A stretch of 64,000 nucleotides of DNA, taken from a virus. The position numbers and the translations under genes were made by a program. The first letter of the stretch is position 1, and every line of letters starts with the position of its first letter. The DNA lies in the IMG/VR virus record IMGVR_UViG_3300033388_003553, positions 7,434 to 71,433 of that record. The stretch is one strand, 5' to 3'. Shown one piece after another: positions 49,843 through 61,672 of the stretch. The notes under the pieces were generated by a model, which saw nothing but the letters and a program-made list of their open reading frames with translations, had not been told where the DNA came from and made no database searches.

Positions 49843-51804
49843 ATGGGAGTTTTAGACAAAATAAAGAAATCGTATAATGAGAAACCTAATACATTCACAC
49901 TAGATGAGTACTTAACTAAATGTAAGAAAGATAAAAAATTTTACTTAAGTGCAGCAGAAAGAATGTTGCTTGCCATAGGTGAGCCAGAGATTTTCGACAC
50001 ATCAAAGGATGAGAAATTAAGTAGAATATTTGGGAATAGAATTATTAAAAGGTATCCAGCCTTTTCTGAATTCTATGGGATGGAAAATACAATCGAGAAG
50101 ATTGTTAATTACTTCAACTATTCAGCACAAGGTTTAGAAGCTAAGAAGCAAATTTTATATTTGATGGGGCCAGTTGGTGGTGGTAAATCTTCATTAGCTG
50201 AAAGACTTAAAGAGTTAATGCATAAGAACCCAGTTTACGTACTTAGTGTTAATTACACTAATGAATTAGGTGAAGATATTGTAGAGTTAAGTCCAGTACA
50301 TGAGAGTCCATTAGGTTTACTTTCTGAGTACAAGAATGACGCATCAAAAGAATACAACATCCCCAAAAGATATTTTCCAGCATGCCCATCACCTTGGGCA
50401 GTTAAAAGGTTAGAAGAGTTTGGTGGTGATTTCAGTAAATTCGAAGTAGTTGAATTATACCCAAGTGCCCAGAAACAAATTGGTATTTCTAGTACAGAGC
50501 CAGGTGATGATAACAATCAAGATACGACAGCACTTATTGGTTCAACCAATATTGCTAAATTAGGTGAGTACGAAGAATCAGATACCGATGCTTACTCATA
50601 TGATGGTGGCCTATGTAGGGGTAATCGTGGGTTCATGGAATTCATTGAAATGTTTAAAGCGAATATTAAGGTATTAAACCCATTACTTACTGCAACTCAA
50701 GAAGGTAGGTTTGAAGCCTCAAAACCAATTGGGGCAGTACCATTCGATGGTATTATATTAGCCCACTCAAATGAATCTGAGTGGGAGAAATTCCAAAACG
50801 ATAGGAAAAACGAAGCGTTCTTAGATAGAATCTATCAAGTTAAAGTACCTTACTGCCTTAGAAGAAGTCAAGAAATTAAAATATACGAAAAGATGTTGGC
50901 TGATTCTGAACTTGGTTCAATGCCTTGTGCACCTAAGACACTAGAAGTATTAGCTGAGTTTGCTGTCATGTCTAGACTTAAAGAACCAGAGAACACTAGG
51001 GACTTATATTCTAAGATGTTAGTTTATGATGGTAAAACACTTAAGGGTGAAGGTGGTACAGCTAAATCCATTTCTGAATATCGAAACTACGCTGGAATTA
51101 GAGAAGGTATGAAAGGTATTTCAACCCGTATGATGTTTAAAGTTCTTTCTGAGACGTTCAACAAGGACCAATCTGGTGAGATTGCGGCTAACCCAGTTCA
51201 TTTATTATCGGTACTTAGAGACACCATTAAAAATAATGAATACGATAAAGATACTGAATCTCACTACATTGATACTATAATTAGTAAGATTACTGATAAG
51301 TACAAAGATTTTATTGGTGACGAAATTAACAAGGCTTATGTTGATAGTTATTCAAGCTATGGGCAAAATATATTTGATAATTACATAACATATGCAATTC
51401 ATTATTTGGACGATAAAGATTATAGGGACCCAGATACTGGTGCTTTATGGGATATCTACATGTTAGATGATGCTTTAAGTAAAATTGAGAAACCAGCCCA
51501 CATTACAAACACGCAAGACTTCCGTAATGAAGTTGTTAGGTTCGCATTAATGGCACAAGGTAAAAATGGGGGTAAGAATCCTAATTGGACCGATTATGAA
51601 CCATTCAGAAGAATAATTGAGAAAGAATTATTTGCTAAGACTGAGGACTTATTACCAGTTATCTCATTCTCTGTAGCTAAGAAAAATGATGAAGATACGG
51701 CTAAACATACTGCTTTCGTTAAGAAGATGAAAGATAACGGTTACACTGAGAGACAGATTAGAATCTTAGTTGATTGGTATATGATGTGTAGACGTAATGC
51801 ATAA
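49843..51804 (+). CDS. prkA: PrkA/YeaG family AAA+ serine protein kinase
   Basis: GPVGGGKSSLAE, GGLCRGNRG, EMFKA, LAHSNESEW, EAFLDRI. Confidence 0.95.
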   Translation: MGVLDKIKKSYNEKPNTFTLDEYLTKCKKDKKFYLSAAERMLLAIGEPEIFDTSKDEKLSRIFGNRIIKRYPAFSEFYGMENTIEKIVNYFNYSAQGLEAKKQILYLMGPVGGGKSSLAERLKELMHKNPVYVLSVNYTNELGEDIVELSPVHESPLGLLSEYKNDASKEYNIPKRYFPACPSPWAVKRLEEFGGDFSKFEVVELYPSAQKQIGISSTEPGDDNNQDTTALIGSTNIAKLGEYEESDTDAYSYDGGLCRGNRGFMEFIEMFKANIKVLNPLLTATQEGRFEASKPIGAVPFDGIILAHSNESEWEKFQNDRKNEAFLDRIYQVKVPYCLRRSQEIKIYEKMLADSELGSMPCAPKTLEVLAEFAVMSRLKEPENTRDLYSKMLVYDGKTLKGEGGTAKSISEYRNYAGIREGMKGISTRMMFKVLSETFNKDQSGEIAANPVHLLSVLRDTIKNNEYDKDTESHYIDTIISKITDKYKDFIGDEINKAYVDSYSSYGQNIFDNYITYAIHYLDDKDYRDPDTGALWDIYMLDDALSKIEKPAHITNTQDFRNEVVRFALMAQGKNGGKNPNWTDYEPFRRIIEKELFAKTEDLLPVISFSVAKKNDEDTAKHTAFVKKMKDNGYTERQIRILVDWYMMCRRNA

Positions 51805-51970
51805 AACTGAATCTCCAAAGTCCTATGGTCAAACCTATATAGATGATATGGCACTTGGTTATCCATTAATAGATAATGAAGTTGATAGACCATTTGTTGA
51901 TTGTGGATTGAAATAATGTTAGAAGAGCGTGGTGTATTACCACCAATAACAATTGATATAACTAACACAT

Positions 51971-53254
51971 ATGAGTAATACTATAATTAATGACAGACGT
52001 AAAAACCCACCTAATAAATCTGGAGGTAACCGCCAAAGATTTATCAAAAGAGTTGAAGGTCAAATAAAAAAGGCTTTACCTAACGTTATTGATAAGAATG
52101 ATATAAAAGGTATGACATCTAAAAACGGTAAGGTTAAAGTCCCAATTAAGGGGATTAAAGAACCTAGTTTTGGTCACGATAATGATACTGGTGATAAGGG
52201 ATATGTTAGGCCAGGTAATGACCACTTTCAAAAAGGGGATAAAATTAAAAAACCAAAAAAAAGTGGTGGTAAGGGTAGTGGTAAGGGTGCTGGAGATGGG
52301 GAAGACTTTGAAGATGATTTTGTTGTTGAATTAACAAAGGATGAGTTTTTACAATACTTTTTTGAGGATTTGGAATTACCAGATATGTATAAGAAATTTA
52401 TTGAGTCAGTTTCTGATTACAAAATGAAGCGTTCTGGTTTTAGTCCAGTTGGAATTCCAGCTAGATTGAATAAGGAACAATCACTTAAGAAATCCTTAGC
52501 ACGTAAGATTGGAATGGAAGCCTCTTTAAAAAGAAAGTTGAATAAGTTAAAGGATTTATTTGATAATGCTAAAGATGTACATAAAGATGTGATTCAAAGG
52601 CAAATTTATGAGGTTGAAAAGAAACTTAAATCAATCCCATTTATCGATAAGATTGACCTTAGATTTAACAATTTTGTTAAAGAACCAACACCAACAACAT
52701 CAGCCGTTATGTTTTGTCTTATGGATGTTTCGGCATCAATGGGCAAAGAAGAGAAAGATATTGCAAAGAGATTTTTCACACTATTGTATTTGTTCTTAGG
52801 TAAGGAATATGAGAATATTGATTTGGTGTTTATTAGACATACAACTTCTGCGGAAGAAGTATCTGAAGAGGAATTCTTCACAGGTAGAAAAACAGGTGGA
52901 ACTAGGGTTGCTAGTGCACTTGAGTTGATGGATAAGATTATTGATGAACGTTACAGTAATGGTAAATGGAATATATATGGGTGTCAAGCATCCGATGGTG
53001 ATATCTTTGAGGGTGAAGATGATATAAAATCACAATCAATGATGAGTGAAATATTACCTAAGTGTCAGTTTTACGCCTATGTGGAAATTGACAGAAGAGG
53101 TTACTATGGTACTGATATGGGTGGTGGCTTATCTGCCGCTTACGAACCTTTAGTCAGTAGACACCAAAATTTTGTTTCAACAGGTATAAAAGAAATTAAC
53201 GAAATATGGCCAGTATTCCGCAGTCTATTTACTAAATCTGAAAATAAAAAATAA
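51971..53254 (+). CDS. yeaH: YeaH/YhbH (DUF444, vWA) protein
   Basis: NRQRF, PGND.F, MFCLMDVSASM, GGT, QASDGD. Confidence 0.9.
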   Translation: MSNTIINDRRKNPPNKSGGNRQRFIKRVEGQIKKALPNVIDKNDIKGMTSKNGKVKVPIKGIKEPSFGHDNDTGDKGYVRPGNDHFQKGDKIKKPKKSGGKGSGKGAGDGEDFEDDFVVELTKDEFLQYFFEDLELPDMYKKFIESVSDYKMKRSGFSPVGIPARLNKEQSLKKSLARKIGMEASLKRKLNKLKDLFDNAKDVHKDVIQRQIYEVEKKLKSIPFIDKIDLRFNNFVKEPTPTTSAVMFCLMDVSASMGKEEKDIAKRFFTLLYLFLGKEYENIDLVFIRHTTSAEEVSEEEFFTGRKTGGTRVASALELMDKIIDERYSNGKWNIYGCQASDGDIFEGEDDIKSQSMMSEILPKCQFYAYVEIDRRGYYGTDMGGGLSAAYEPLVSRHQNFVSTGIKEINEIWPVFRSLFTKSENKK

Positions 53255-53263
53255 TATAATACT

Positions 53264-53677
53264 ATGGAAGATATTTTAAAAATTGAAATAGACTTGAATA
53301 ATAAATTTAAAAATATGTTAACTAGTCGTAAAAAAGTCAGTAATATATGTAATGTTTTAAGTGGGACACATAGTACTTCTGACACACTCATGTTAACTGG
53401 TGTTAATATTAAGTATGATGATGAGACTGGTTTGATGATTATTAATAATTTAGTAATTAGTAAAATAATATCAAATATTGGTGATATTGCAATTAGGTCT
53501 GGTTTAAACAAAACAAAAAAACTTACAGGAAAAATAATTGTTTCTAAATTATCACTATCACCAAAACAATATTCACTAACTTATGAACCATTTAGGAGTG
53601 TTATGTGTCATTATCGTTATAAATTTGATGAGTGTACACCTAAAAATAATAGAATTAACCCATTAGATAGATATTAA
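53264..53677 (+). CDS. Hypothetical protein inserted in the operon
   Basis: ORF track. Confidence 0.5.
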   Translation: MEDILKIEIDLNNKFKNMLTSRKKVSNICNVLSGTHSTSDTLMLTGVNIKYDDETGLMIINNLVISKIISNIGDIAIRSGLNKTKKLTGKIIVSKLSLSPKQYSLTYEPFRSVMCHYRYKFDECTPKNNRINPLDRY

Positions 53678-53678
53678 T

Positions 53679-55196
53679 ATGAGTAAGAAAAAAAGATACA
53701 TAACTGAGAGTTCTGATTGGACTATTGATACATTAAAAAAATTTGATGAGGTTATTCAAAAGTACGCAAAAGAATATCTAAAACTAGATTGGTACCCAAA
53801 CCAATTCGAAATAGTATCTAGTGAACAGATGTTAGATGCTTACTCTTTAATAGGTTTACCTATCTCTTATCCACATTGGAAATTTGGTAAAGATTTTATG
53901 TCTAATTCGGTTAACTATGAAAAGGGTAGGCAAGGTCTAGCTTATGAGTTAGTGATTAATTCAAACCCGTGTATATCACACAATATGGAAGACAACACCA
54001 CTTGTATGATGGCACTGGTAATTGCTCACGCAGCTTATGGTCACAACTCATTCTTCAAGAACAATTATATGTTTAAAGAATGGACTGATGCTGATAATAT
54101 AATTGAGGATATGGTATATGCTAGAGATTTCATTATTAAATGTGAGGATAAATATGGTATTGAAGTTGTTGAAGAAGTTTTAGACACCTGCCATTCATTA
54201 CAAAGGTTTGGAGTTGATAAAATTAAGCGGCGTAAGAAGAGAACAAAAGTTGATGAAATTGCTAGACGTAAGTTAGTTGCTAAGTTGGAAGATGAAAACT
54301 ACAATATACTTTGGGATACATTACCAAAACATGTTAAAAATAATATTGAATGGTCTAAGATACCAAGTAATAAGGTAGTTGATTTAAAGGAAGATAATAT
54401 ATTGTATTTCTTAGAAAACAACACACCTAATCTACCATTATGGAAAAAAGAAATCATTAGTATTGTTAGGAATATAGGTCAATATTTTTACCCACAGTCA
54501 CAAACAAAAGTGATTAATGAGGGTTGGGCCACATTTACACATTATGCACTTATGAATAAATTGTATGATGAAGGTTATATTAATGAAGGTTTTATGATTG
54601 AGTTTATTAAAAACCATTCTGCTGTTATTTACCAACCCCCTTATGATTCGAAATATTTTTCTGGGATAAATCCATACACAATTGGTTTCAATATTTTTAT
54701 GGACATTAAGCGCATTTGTGAAGAACCAACGGAAGAAGATAAGAGATGGTTTCCAAATTTAATTGGCAAGGATTGGTTAGAAGAGATTACATATGCTATG
54801 GAAAATTTTAGAGATGATAGTTTTATATTACAATACTTATCACCAAAAGTTATTAGGGATATGAAGTTATTTCTAACTGTAGATTTAGAAGAGGATGATG
54901 AAAATTACCATATTGATGCCATACATAATGATAAAGGGTATAAAATTGTTCGAGAGGCATTATACAAACAATATCAACGTAACAACTATACCCCAACAAT
55001 TAGAGTAACTGATGTGGTAACATCCGAAAACAACAAATTAGTGTTAACACACCATGTCGAGGACGGAAAATTGTTAGATGAAGAATCAACACTAGATGTT
55101 TTAGAATTGATGCAAAATATATGGTCATTCCCTATAGAGATAAATTCAAAATTTGAATCTGGTGAAGAAATTAATATTGTAGAACTAGATTACTAA
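53679..55196 (+). CDS. spoVR: SpoVR/YcgB family protein
   Basis: GLP..YPHW.FGK, LAYELVINSNPC, AH..YGHNSFFKNN, QTKVINEGWATF. Confidence 0.95.
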   Translation: MSKKKRYITESSDWTIDTLKKFDEVIQKYAKEYLKLDWYPNQFEIVSSEQMLDAYSLIGLPISYPHWKFGKDFMSNSVNYEKGRQGLAYELVINSNPCISHNMEDNTTCMMALVIAHAAYGHNSFFKNNYMFKEWTDADNIIEDMVYARDFIIKCEDKYGIEVVEEVLDTCHSLQRFGVDKIKRRKKRTKVDEIARRKLVAKLEDENYNILWDTLPKHVKNNIEWSKIPSNKVVDLKEDNILYFLENNTPNLPLWKKEIISIVRNIGQYFYPQSQTKVINEGWATFTHYALMNKLYDEGYINEGFMIEFIKNHSAVIYQPPYDSKYFSGINPYTIGFNIFMDIKRICEEPTEEDKRWFPNLIGKDWLEEITYAMENFRDDSFILQYLSPKVIRDMKLFLTVDLEEDDENYHIDAIHNDKGYKIVREALYKQYQRNNYTPTIRVTDVVTSENNKLVLTHHVEDGKLLDEESTLDVLELMQNIWSFPIEINSKFESGEEINIVELDY

Positions 55197-56809
55197 TAAA
55201 AAATAATTAATAAATATGATGACAGATGGTAAAAAAACTAGTCTGGGGATATTACTTAAGTTATGTCACATAAGGTCATCTAATATATTTAACTTCCCAC
55301 AAAGTGGTTACACCCACAAATCAGGGTGTTTTATAAATAAACCAAAAGTTGGTTGCTCATTTATTATGGTTACTGAAAATGGCCCCTTTGCAACATCTTT
55401 TGTTGTGAAAATTATTGAGGAAGATAAAAATAAAATATTATTTAACACACGTAATTCCACGTACCAATTAAGTATTAATTTATTTGAGGACATTGACTAA
55501 TAAAATTTTAATATAAATTAGGTTTAATGAAAAATATATCATATATTTGTATTAACTTATTAAAATAAATATTTGAAAAATTGAAGACTAGAAGAGATAA
55601 ATTAAAATATAAAATAAAAATAGAGTTGGGTAAACAATTACCTGAGTACGATAATATTATATCAGCAGTTGATATGTATGAAAAAAACAATATAGATGCT
55701 ATTCAAAAATTGAAAAAATCCAAGAAAGTATTTATGAATAACATAAATGGTGCATTGAAACAAACCATCAACGCTCACGGACCTATTACTAAACAACTGA
55801 TTGGTAGCTGTTCTAAGCGTATATACGGAGCTTTAATCATCAACCCCAACCAAGAGCAAAACAATAAAAATAAGACTAAGATTTCAATAAAAAGTGTGGT
55901 AATTGGTATAGTTATAGGTATTACAATCACATTATTGTTGGGTTTAATGTCGTGTGCCTCATTATAAACATTAAACTAAGATTATGAAAAAGACACATAA
56001 AAATGTAAGATTAGATACTAACAACATGGCTGCATGTATGGTTTCTATTCTAGACAGTTTAAAACTGTACGATAAAGGACAATTAGTACTTGAAAACGAG
56101 ACTTTATCTGAGATGATGTTCCGAAAGATGAAAGGATATAATGTTGACCTTAACAAGGAGTTAGGGGTAGACCATTTAAAACCAATCACTAAAAAATGAA
56201 AAGACTACTAGAAATGCTCTTAATTGAGTTAGAAGCTGGCAACATGAATAAAGATTTATGTTCTACTGTTAGAAATATGCATGTATTTCATGGTTTATTT
56301 ACATCACAAGAAGAAGAAGACTTAAGAGTCTATATAAAAGATAACAGACCTGAACCGATTGGTGATGAAAATAATTACGGTTGGTATTGGCCCCCTTATT
56401 TACTAGAACCTAGAATTGAATTTATTAAAAAACACATTAAATTAAATTATGGTACATAAAGATGCAATAGGTAGACCAATAGATGTTAGATTTTACTTAG
56501 GAGGCTTCAACGATAATGTTACTTGTTGTGGGATTTACAGACAAAGAAGTTTCTTTGGTATAAAGTATTTTACTAAAGTTTATTGGGAGGCTTCTGGTTA
56601 TGATTTACATACCGTATCTAAGTGGTTGCAATCTGATTGGGATAAGTTTAAATATAAAACAATAGACGAATATAACCGAACTAAAATACTATATGATATA
56701 GTTTCACATAAAATAATAAAACAGAATGGAAATAATATTTAATCAATATATTGTGGATACTGATGTATTACTATAATAAATAATAGATATTAACTAAAAA
56801 CTCAAGAAA

Positions 56810-57124
56810 ATTAAGTCAATAAACCAAATATTTGATACTAATCCAGACCTAAAGTGGGAACCAGAAGTTAAGGAATTAATTGAGTACACAAAAGAACTTG
56901 AAAGTCAATTAATTGAAATCCACCAAACAAAACAATGGTCTTTTGAAGATAAATTAACAGAACTTACCAGAGATATATTCAGAGGTATTGAAGATATTAG
57001 TAAACAAGAGTATGAACATAAACGTTGGGGTGATGAATTTTCTAAACCAGACTATGAAGAATTAGTTAAAAATTTAAAAGAATATTTATTAAAATTTGCA
57101 ATAGATAATAAATTTAGATTATAG
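56810..57124 (+). CDS. Hypothetical protein lacking a standard start codon (not in ORF track)
   Basis: 104-codon open frame beginning ATT-AAG-TCA. Confidence 0.45.
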   Translation: MKSINQIFDTNPDLKWEPEVKELIEYTKELESQLIEIHQTKQWSFEDKLTELTRDIFRGIEDISKQEYEHKRWGDEFSKPDYEELVKNLKEYLLKFAIDNKFRL

Positions 57125-57183
57125 AATTTGTTTTATTAAAATAAGTTTCTTACATTTGTATAAAAACTTTAAATATATAATAT

Positions 57184-58086
57184 ATGAATTTAGGATATGC
57201 TTGCATTAATATGACACTTACTAACAGAAAAGGTGATAAAAAAGTTACAACTAATCGTTCAATGATTAAAAGAACCTTCTTAGCTAAAGGTTCTGATTAT
57301 GCTAGTGAGTTGGCATTACTTAATTGTAAAGACTTAATGAAAATCCTAAGATGGAATAACTTAAACAATATAAAAGTGTTCAGATTATCATCTGATTTAT
57401 TTCCATGGGCATCCGAATACAATATTGAAGACTTAAAACACTTCAACCAAATATCTATAGAACTTAAGAGATGTGGTGATTATGCTAAAGATAAAGGTAT
57501 TAGAATAACATCACACCCAGGACCATTCAATGTATTAGTGTCACCTAGAGAAAATGTTGTTAACAATACAATAAAAGACTTAGAAATACATGGTAAAATA
57601 TTTGACTTAATGGGTTTATCAAGAACACCATATAATAAGTTAAACATTCATTGTAATGGTGTTTATGGAGATAAACTAGCAGCTATGGATAGATTCTGTA
57701 GTAATTTCGAAAGATTATCTGATTCAGTTAAAAGTAGGTTGACCGTTGAGAACGATGATAAGGCTAGTATGTATAACGTTAAAGACTTAATGTACATACA
57801 TGAAAGAATAGGAACACCAATCGTATTTGATTATCACCACCATAAGTTTAATACTGGTGATTTGAGTGAAGAAGATGCACTTAATTTAGCCTTAAGCACT
57901 TGGAAAGATGATATTAGACCAATTGTACATTATTCAGAGTCTAAACGATTACATGAGAATGATGATAAGATAAAACCTCAAGCACACTCAGACTATATCA
58001 ATGAATTACCTAACTTATATGGTAATGATGTAGATGTAATGGTGGAAGCAAAAGCTAAAGAATTGTCAATATTAAAATTTATATAA
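57184..58086 (+). CDS. uvsE: UV DNA damage repair endonuclease
   Basis: LGYACIN, FRLSS, HPG.F, RLTVENDDK, FDYHHH, HYSES, AHSD, MVEAKAKE. Confidence 0.95.
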   Translation: MNLGYACINMTLTNRKGDKKVTTNRSMIKRTFLAKGSDYASELALLNCKDLMKILRWNNLNNIKVFRLSSDLFPWASEYNIEDLKHFNQISIELKRCGDYAKDKGIRITSHPGPFNVLVSPRENVVNNTIKDLEIHGKIFDLMGLSRTPYNKLNIHCNGVYGDKLAAMDRFCSNFERLSDSVKSRLTVENDDKASMYNVKDLMYIHERIGTPIVFDYHHHKFNTGDLSEEDALNLALSTWKDDIRPIVHYSESKRLHENDDKIKPQAHSDYINELPNLYGNDVDVMVEAKAKELSILKFI

Positions 58087-60379
58087 TGAAAATAATTGCT
58101 TATATTTGTTGTTATAAAACGTTTAAATAATATAATTATGTGGGAACTTAAAAATAATAAAGAATATGGTGTTATGCACCGTTAATTAATAACTAAAAAA
58201 TGAGTTGGAATCACAGAATATTAGCACACAAAGAAGGAAACGAAATATATTTTCAAATACACGAAGTTTATTATGACAAAGAAGGTAAACCAGATAAATA
58301 TACTGCCAATGGTGTAAGTGTAAGTGCTGAAAGTTTAGACGGGATAAAATGGGTATTAGACAAAATGAAAGAGTGTGCTAATAAGCCAATTCTTTCAGTT
58401 GATGATTTCCCGAATGAGTACAATGGTGCATAACGGTTTGGCTATGCACCGTTTTAATGGTGTATAGGTATTGTTGTAAACTGTACTGGGTTTAAAAAAC
58501 AAAATTATGAAAGAAACACAAAAACAATTAGAGTATATCAGATTTATAGAAGAAGAAACTGGTATTGAGTACAAAGGAAATACAAAAGCAGAAGCAAGTA
58601 AGTATATCTCTGAAAATAAAGATAAAATACCTTACTCTTCTACTATAAATATGTGGGCATTAGTAAAAGGATATTAGTATTGTTTACAACGCCTGAGTAT
58701 GCTCTGTATTGAGCAAAGCGGAATATGGAGTATAATCCATGTTATGATTAGTATGGATTAAATAAAGAGATTATGAAAAGCCCCCTGACAGGAAAACCAA
58801 TGACTCAAATAAGGTCGCTAAAAAAGATTAAAGGAGTTAGGTTTATGTACGTATGCTACTTTTGTAGAGATATGAGAGAAAGATTCACTACCACAGAATT
58901 AGATGAGGCTAATATGTCTCGATATGAAGAACAAAAGAAAAAACAGCAAAAGTAGTATTAATCATAACGGTTTGGCTATGATTAGTAAAATTGAAACACG
59001 AACTATTTAATTATTAACCAACATCGGCTTTTATTAATTATAGCCTTTGTTATAAATTTTATAAAATGGATATACAGAAAGCAATACACTACAAAAAAGA
59101 GCTTGAACAGGATATTAAAAAACTGTTGCAAAATTATTGTGAAGAAACTGGCTTGAAATTTGGTAAAATAGAGATTAGCTCTTTTTATGATATAGAAACC
59201 ATTAAAGGAAAGTATAATATTCAATTAAATGTGAAGAATCCATTTTAATTGTTTATAACGCTCTGTGTATGGTGCGTATGCCGATAGGCTATGCAATATA
59301 CACGTTGTTATGGTTAGTTTAATTAAAAAAAAATAAGATATGCTACAAAAAATAGAAATATATTTAAACATAATTTCTTTTATAGGATGCTTTGCGTTTC
59401 TATTTGGATATTGTTCTTATTTAGGGTTAAAAATGATTTACGTAATGTTTAAGAATTAACCATAACGTTTTGGCTATGCACCGTAAAGCGATAGCGTATG
59501 GTGTATAGGTGGTGTTATAAACTTTAATAATAATTATGGAAATATTAATAAAACCGATGCCTAGTAAAGTACAATGTTTTGAGTACTGGCATAGTAAAAA
59601 ACCTAGTGTGATACTGGTAGAGACAGAAGAAGTAAAAGAAAAGCTATTTAATGCTTTAGTAGAACAAGACGATTACTGGATGTCTTTAAATAAGAAACAT
59701 TTGATAAAAATAGCACCAAAAGAAATAAAAGACTTGAGGGATTTGGATGATATGTGTGAATATGGAGGAAAGACAGATATTTACGATATAGATGTTTTGA
59801 AAGAAAAGTTTGATTTCATAATATATCAAAATCTTAGAGAGCCTTATTGTTTATAACGGTTTGGGTATGGTGACGTTGCACCTTACAGCACGAAATTAAT
59901 TAGTAAATCAAAACTTTAAATTATGAATACAGATGGCAATAAAGACGGAATAAAGCAATGCACTATACCTCTTGTTGTATGTTGTACGGATTAACCTATA
60001 AATTTAATTAAAATGAAAATAGAGATAATTGACAAAGTATTATCCATAACTTATGGTGATAAAAATGTTAAATTTCGATATGATTCTAAATCTTCTGGAA
60101 CATACTTATATTGGGTCAAGGCTAATTATGGGAAGTATAAAAGCGATGAATATAGATTATGGTCGCAGTCCACTCTTACCGCTTTTTTCTTGTCTGATTT
60201 CGAGGAAAGTGTTGATATAATATCGTGGTTTAATAACACACATTAGCCATATTAAATAGAAAAGTTGTGTAGTATTACTTACAACGGTTTGGCTATGCGC
60301 CTGTACTTGTATGGCGTATAGGTGGTGTTACCTGCTGTACGGATTAATAAAAACAAAACTTAAATTAAAAATAGAAATT

Positions 60380-60772
60380 ATGGGAATGTACACAGAACTA
60401 ATATTTGGTGCTGACTTAAAAAAAGACACGCCTAAAAACGTAATTGAAGCCTTAAAATATATGATAGGCGATACCGAAGAAAAGCCTAATGATTTTCCTT
60501 TACCCATTGGTAGATGCGAATGGTTGTTTAGGGGTGCTAGCTACTACTTTGGTGTAAATAGACCTGTTAGTAAAATGTGGTTTGATGACATTAGTGAAAA
60601 TTGGACATTAAGTACCCGAAGTAATATAAAAAACTATGGAAGCGAAATTGAGACTTTTCTAGAGTGGATAAAACCACACATTGATAGTGGTAGTGGTGCA
60701 AAAGATATGTACGCTATTGTGACTTACGAAGAAGCAGAAGCACCAAATATTTATTACCTGCACGAAGATTAG
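60380..60772 (+). CDS. Cassette protein, paralogue of 30478-30816
   Basis: MGMYTE...LK..TPK....IKNY...IE.F...(I/L)KP.I. Confidence 0.7.
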   Translation: MGMYTELIFGADLKKDTPKNVIEALKYMIGDTEEKPNDFPLPIGRCEWLFRGASYYFGVNRPVSKMWFDDISENWTLSTRSNIKNYGSEIETFLEWIKPHIDSGSGAKDMYAIVTYEEAEAPNIYYLHED

Positions 60773-61513
60773 TATTGTAGGTAACGGACGAGTATATGGC
60801 AAGTAGCCAAGACAGAATTAAGTAAATAAACAACAAAATTAATAACAGCAAATAGTACAAAAACAAGCCTAACAGCTATTTGCTATATACCGTGTTATAT
60901 ATCTGGTGGCGTTCTATGAGCTTTCGGTCACAGGAATTAATCACTTGGTGCAACCGCTTAACAAATAAGCGTGGACGGGATTAAGCCACTTGTATATAAC
61001 GCTGTGGGTATGGAAAGTAATTTTACGAATTTGAAAAACTAAACAAGATGAATATACAAAAGATTGAAATAGTGATAAACCAACTTGAAAGAGTTCATAG
61101 AGACATGAATGATTGTGTTAACAGGAGAATTAGTATCTAAAGAGGCATTACATATAGCTGATGTTATACCCTGTTTTTTAGCGTTGGAAAAATAATTTAC
61201 ATAAAAGTGTATTTTTATTTGGTAGTTAATACATAATACTGTATATTTGTAGTATAATAATTAAAACAGTAGAAATAATGACTAAGCAAGAAATTAAATT
61301 AGATTTAGAACAAGCAACATATTCTTATAACCAAAACGACCAATGGGCTTTAGATTTTTGGGAAGAGGCAGTAGAAAAATGCCCAAAATTAGTTGAGAAA
61401 GACTTTAAAGAATTAAATGAATATGTTAAAAACGATAAGGATTTTGGTGATGAGAATGGTTTTGAATTAAACGAAACTTATAAAGAGATTTTCAAGAACC
61501 TAAACCTAAACTA

Positions 61514-61672
61514 ATGAGTAAAGACTTAATAAAATGGAGTGAACTGAGCCGTAAATTAAGTGGTTCAGATAACTCGATAAGACCAAATAAAGTACCTAAA
61601 AAGTACCTAAGAAAAGTAAATCGTTTGCTGTGGATTATCGATTTATGGGAGCGTTGGGCTAATAGGGTATAA
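61514..61672 (+). CDS. Small basic protein, second gene of a self-promoted cassette (not in ORF track)
   Basis: MSKDLIKWSELSRKLSG...; overlaps the stop of 61278-61514; its own stop is part of TAAC. Confidence 0.55.
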   Translation: MSKDLIKWSELSRKLSGSDNSIRPNKVPKKYLRKVNRLLWIIDLWERWANRV

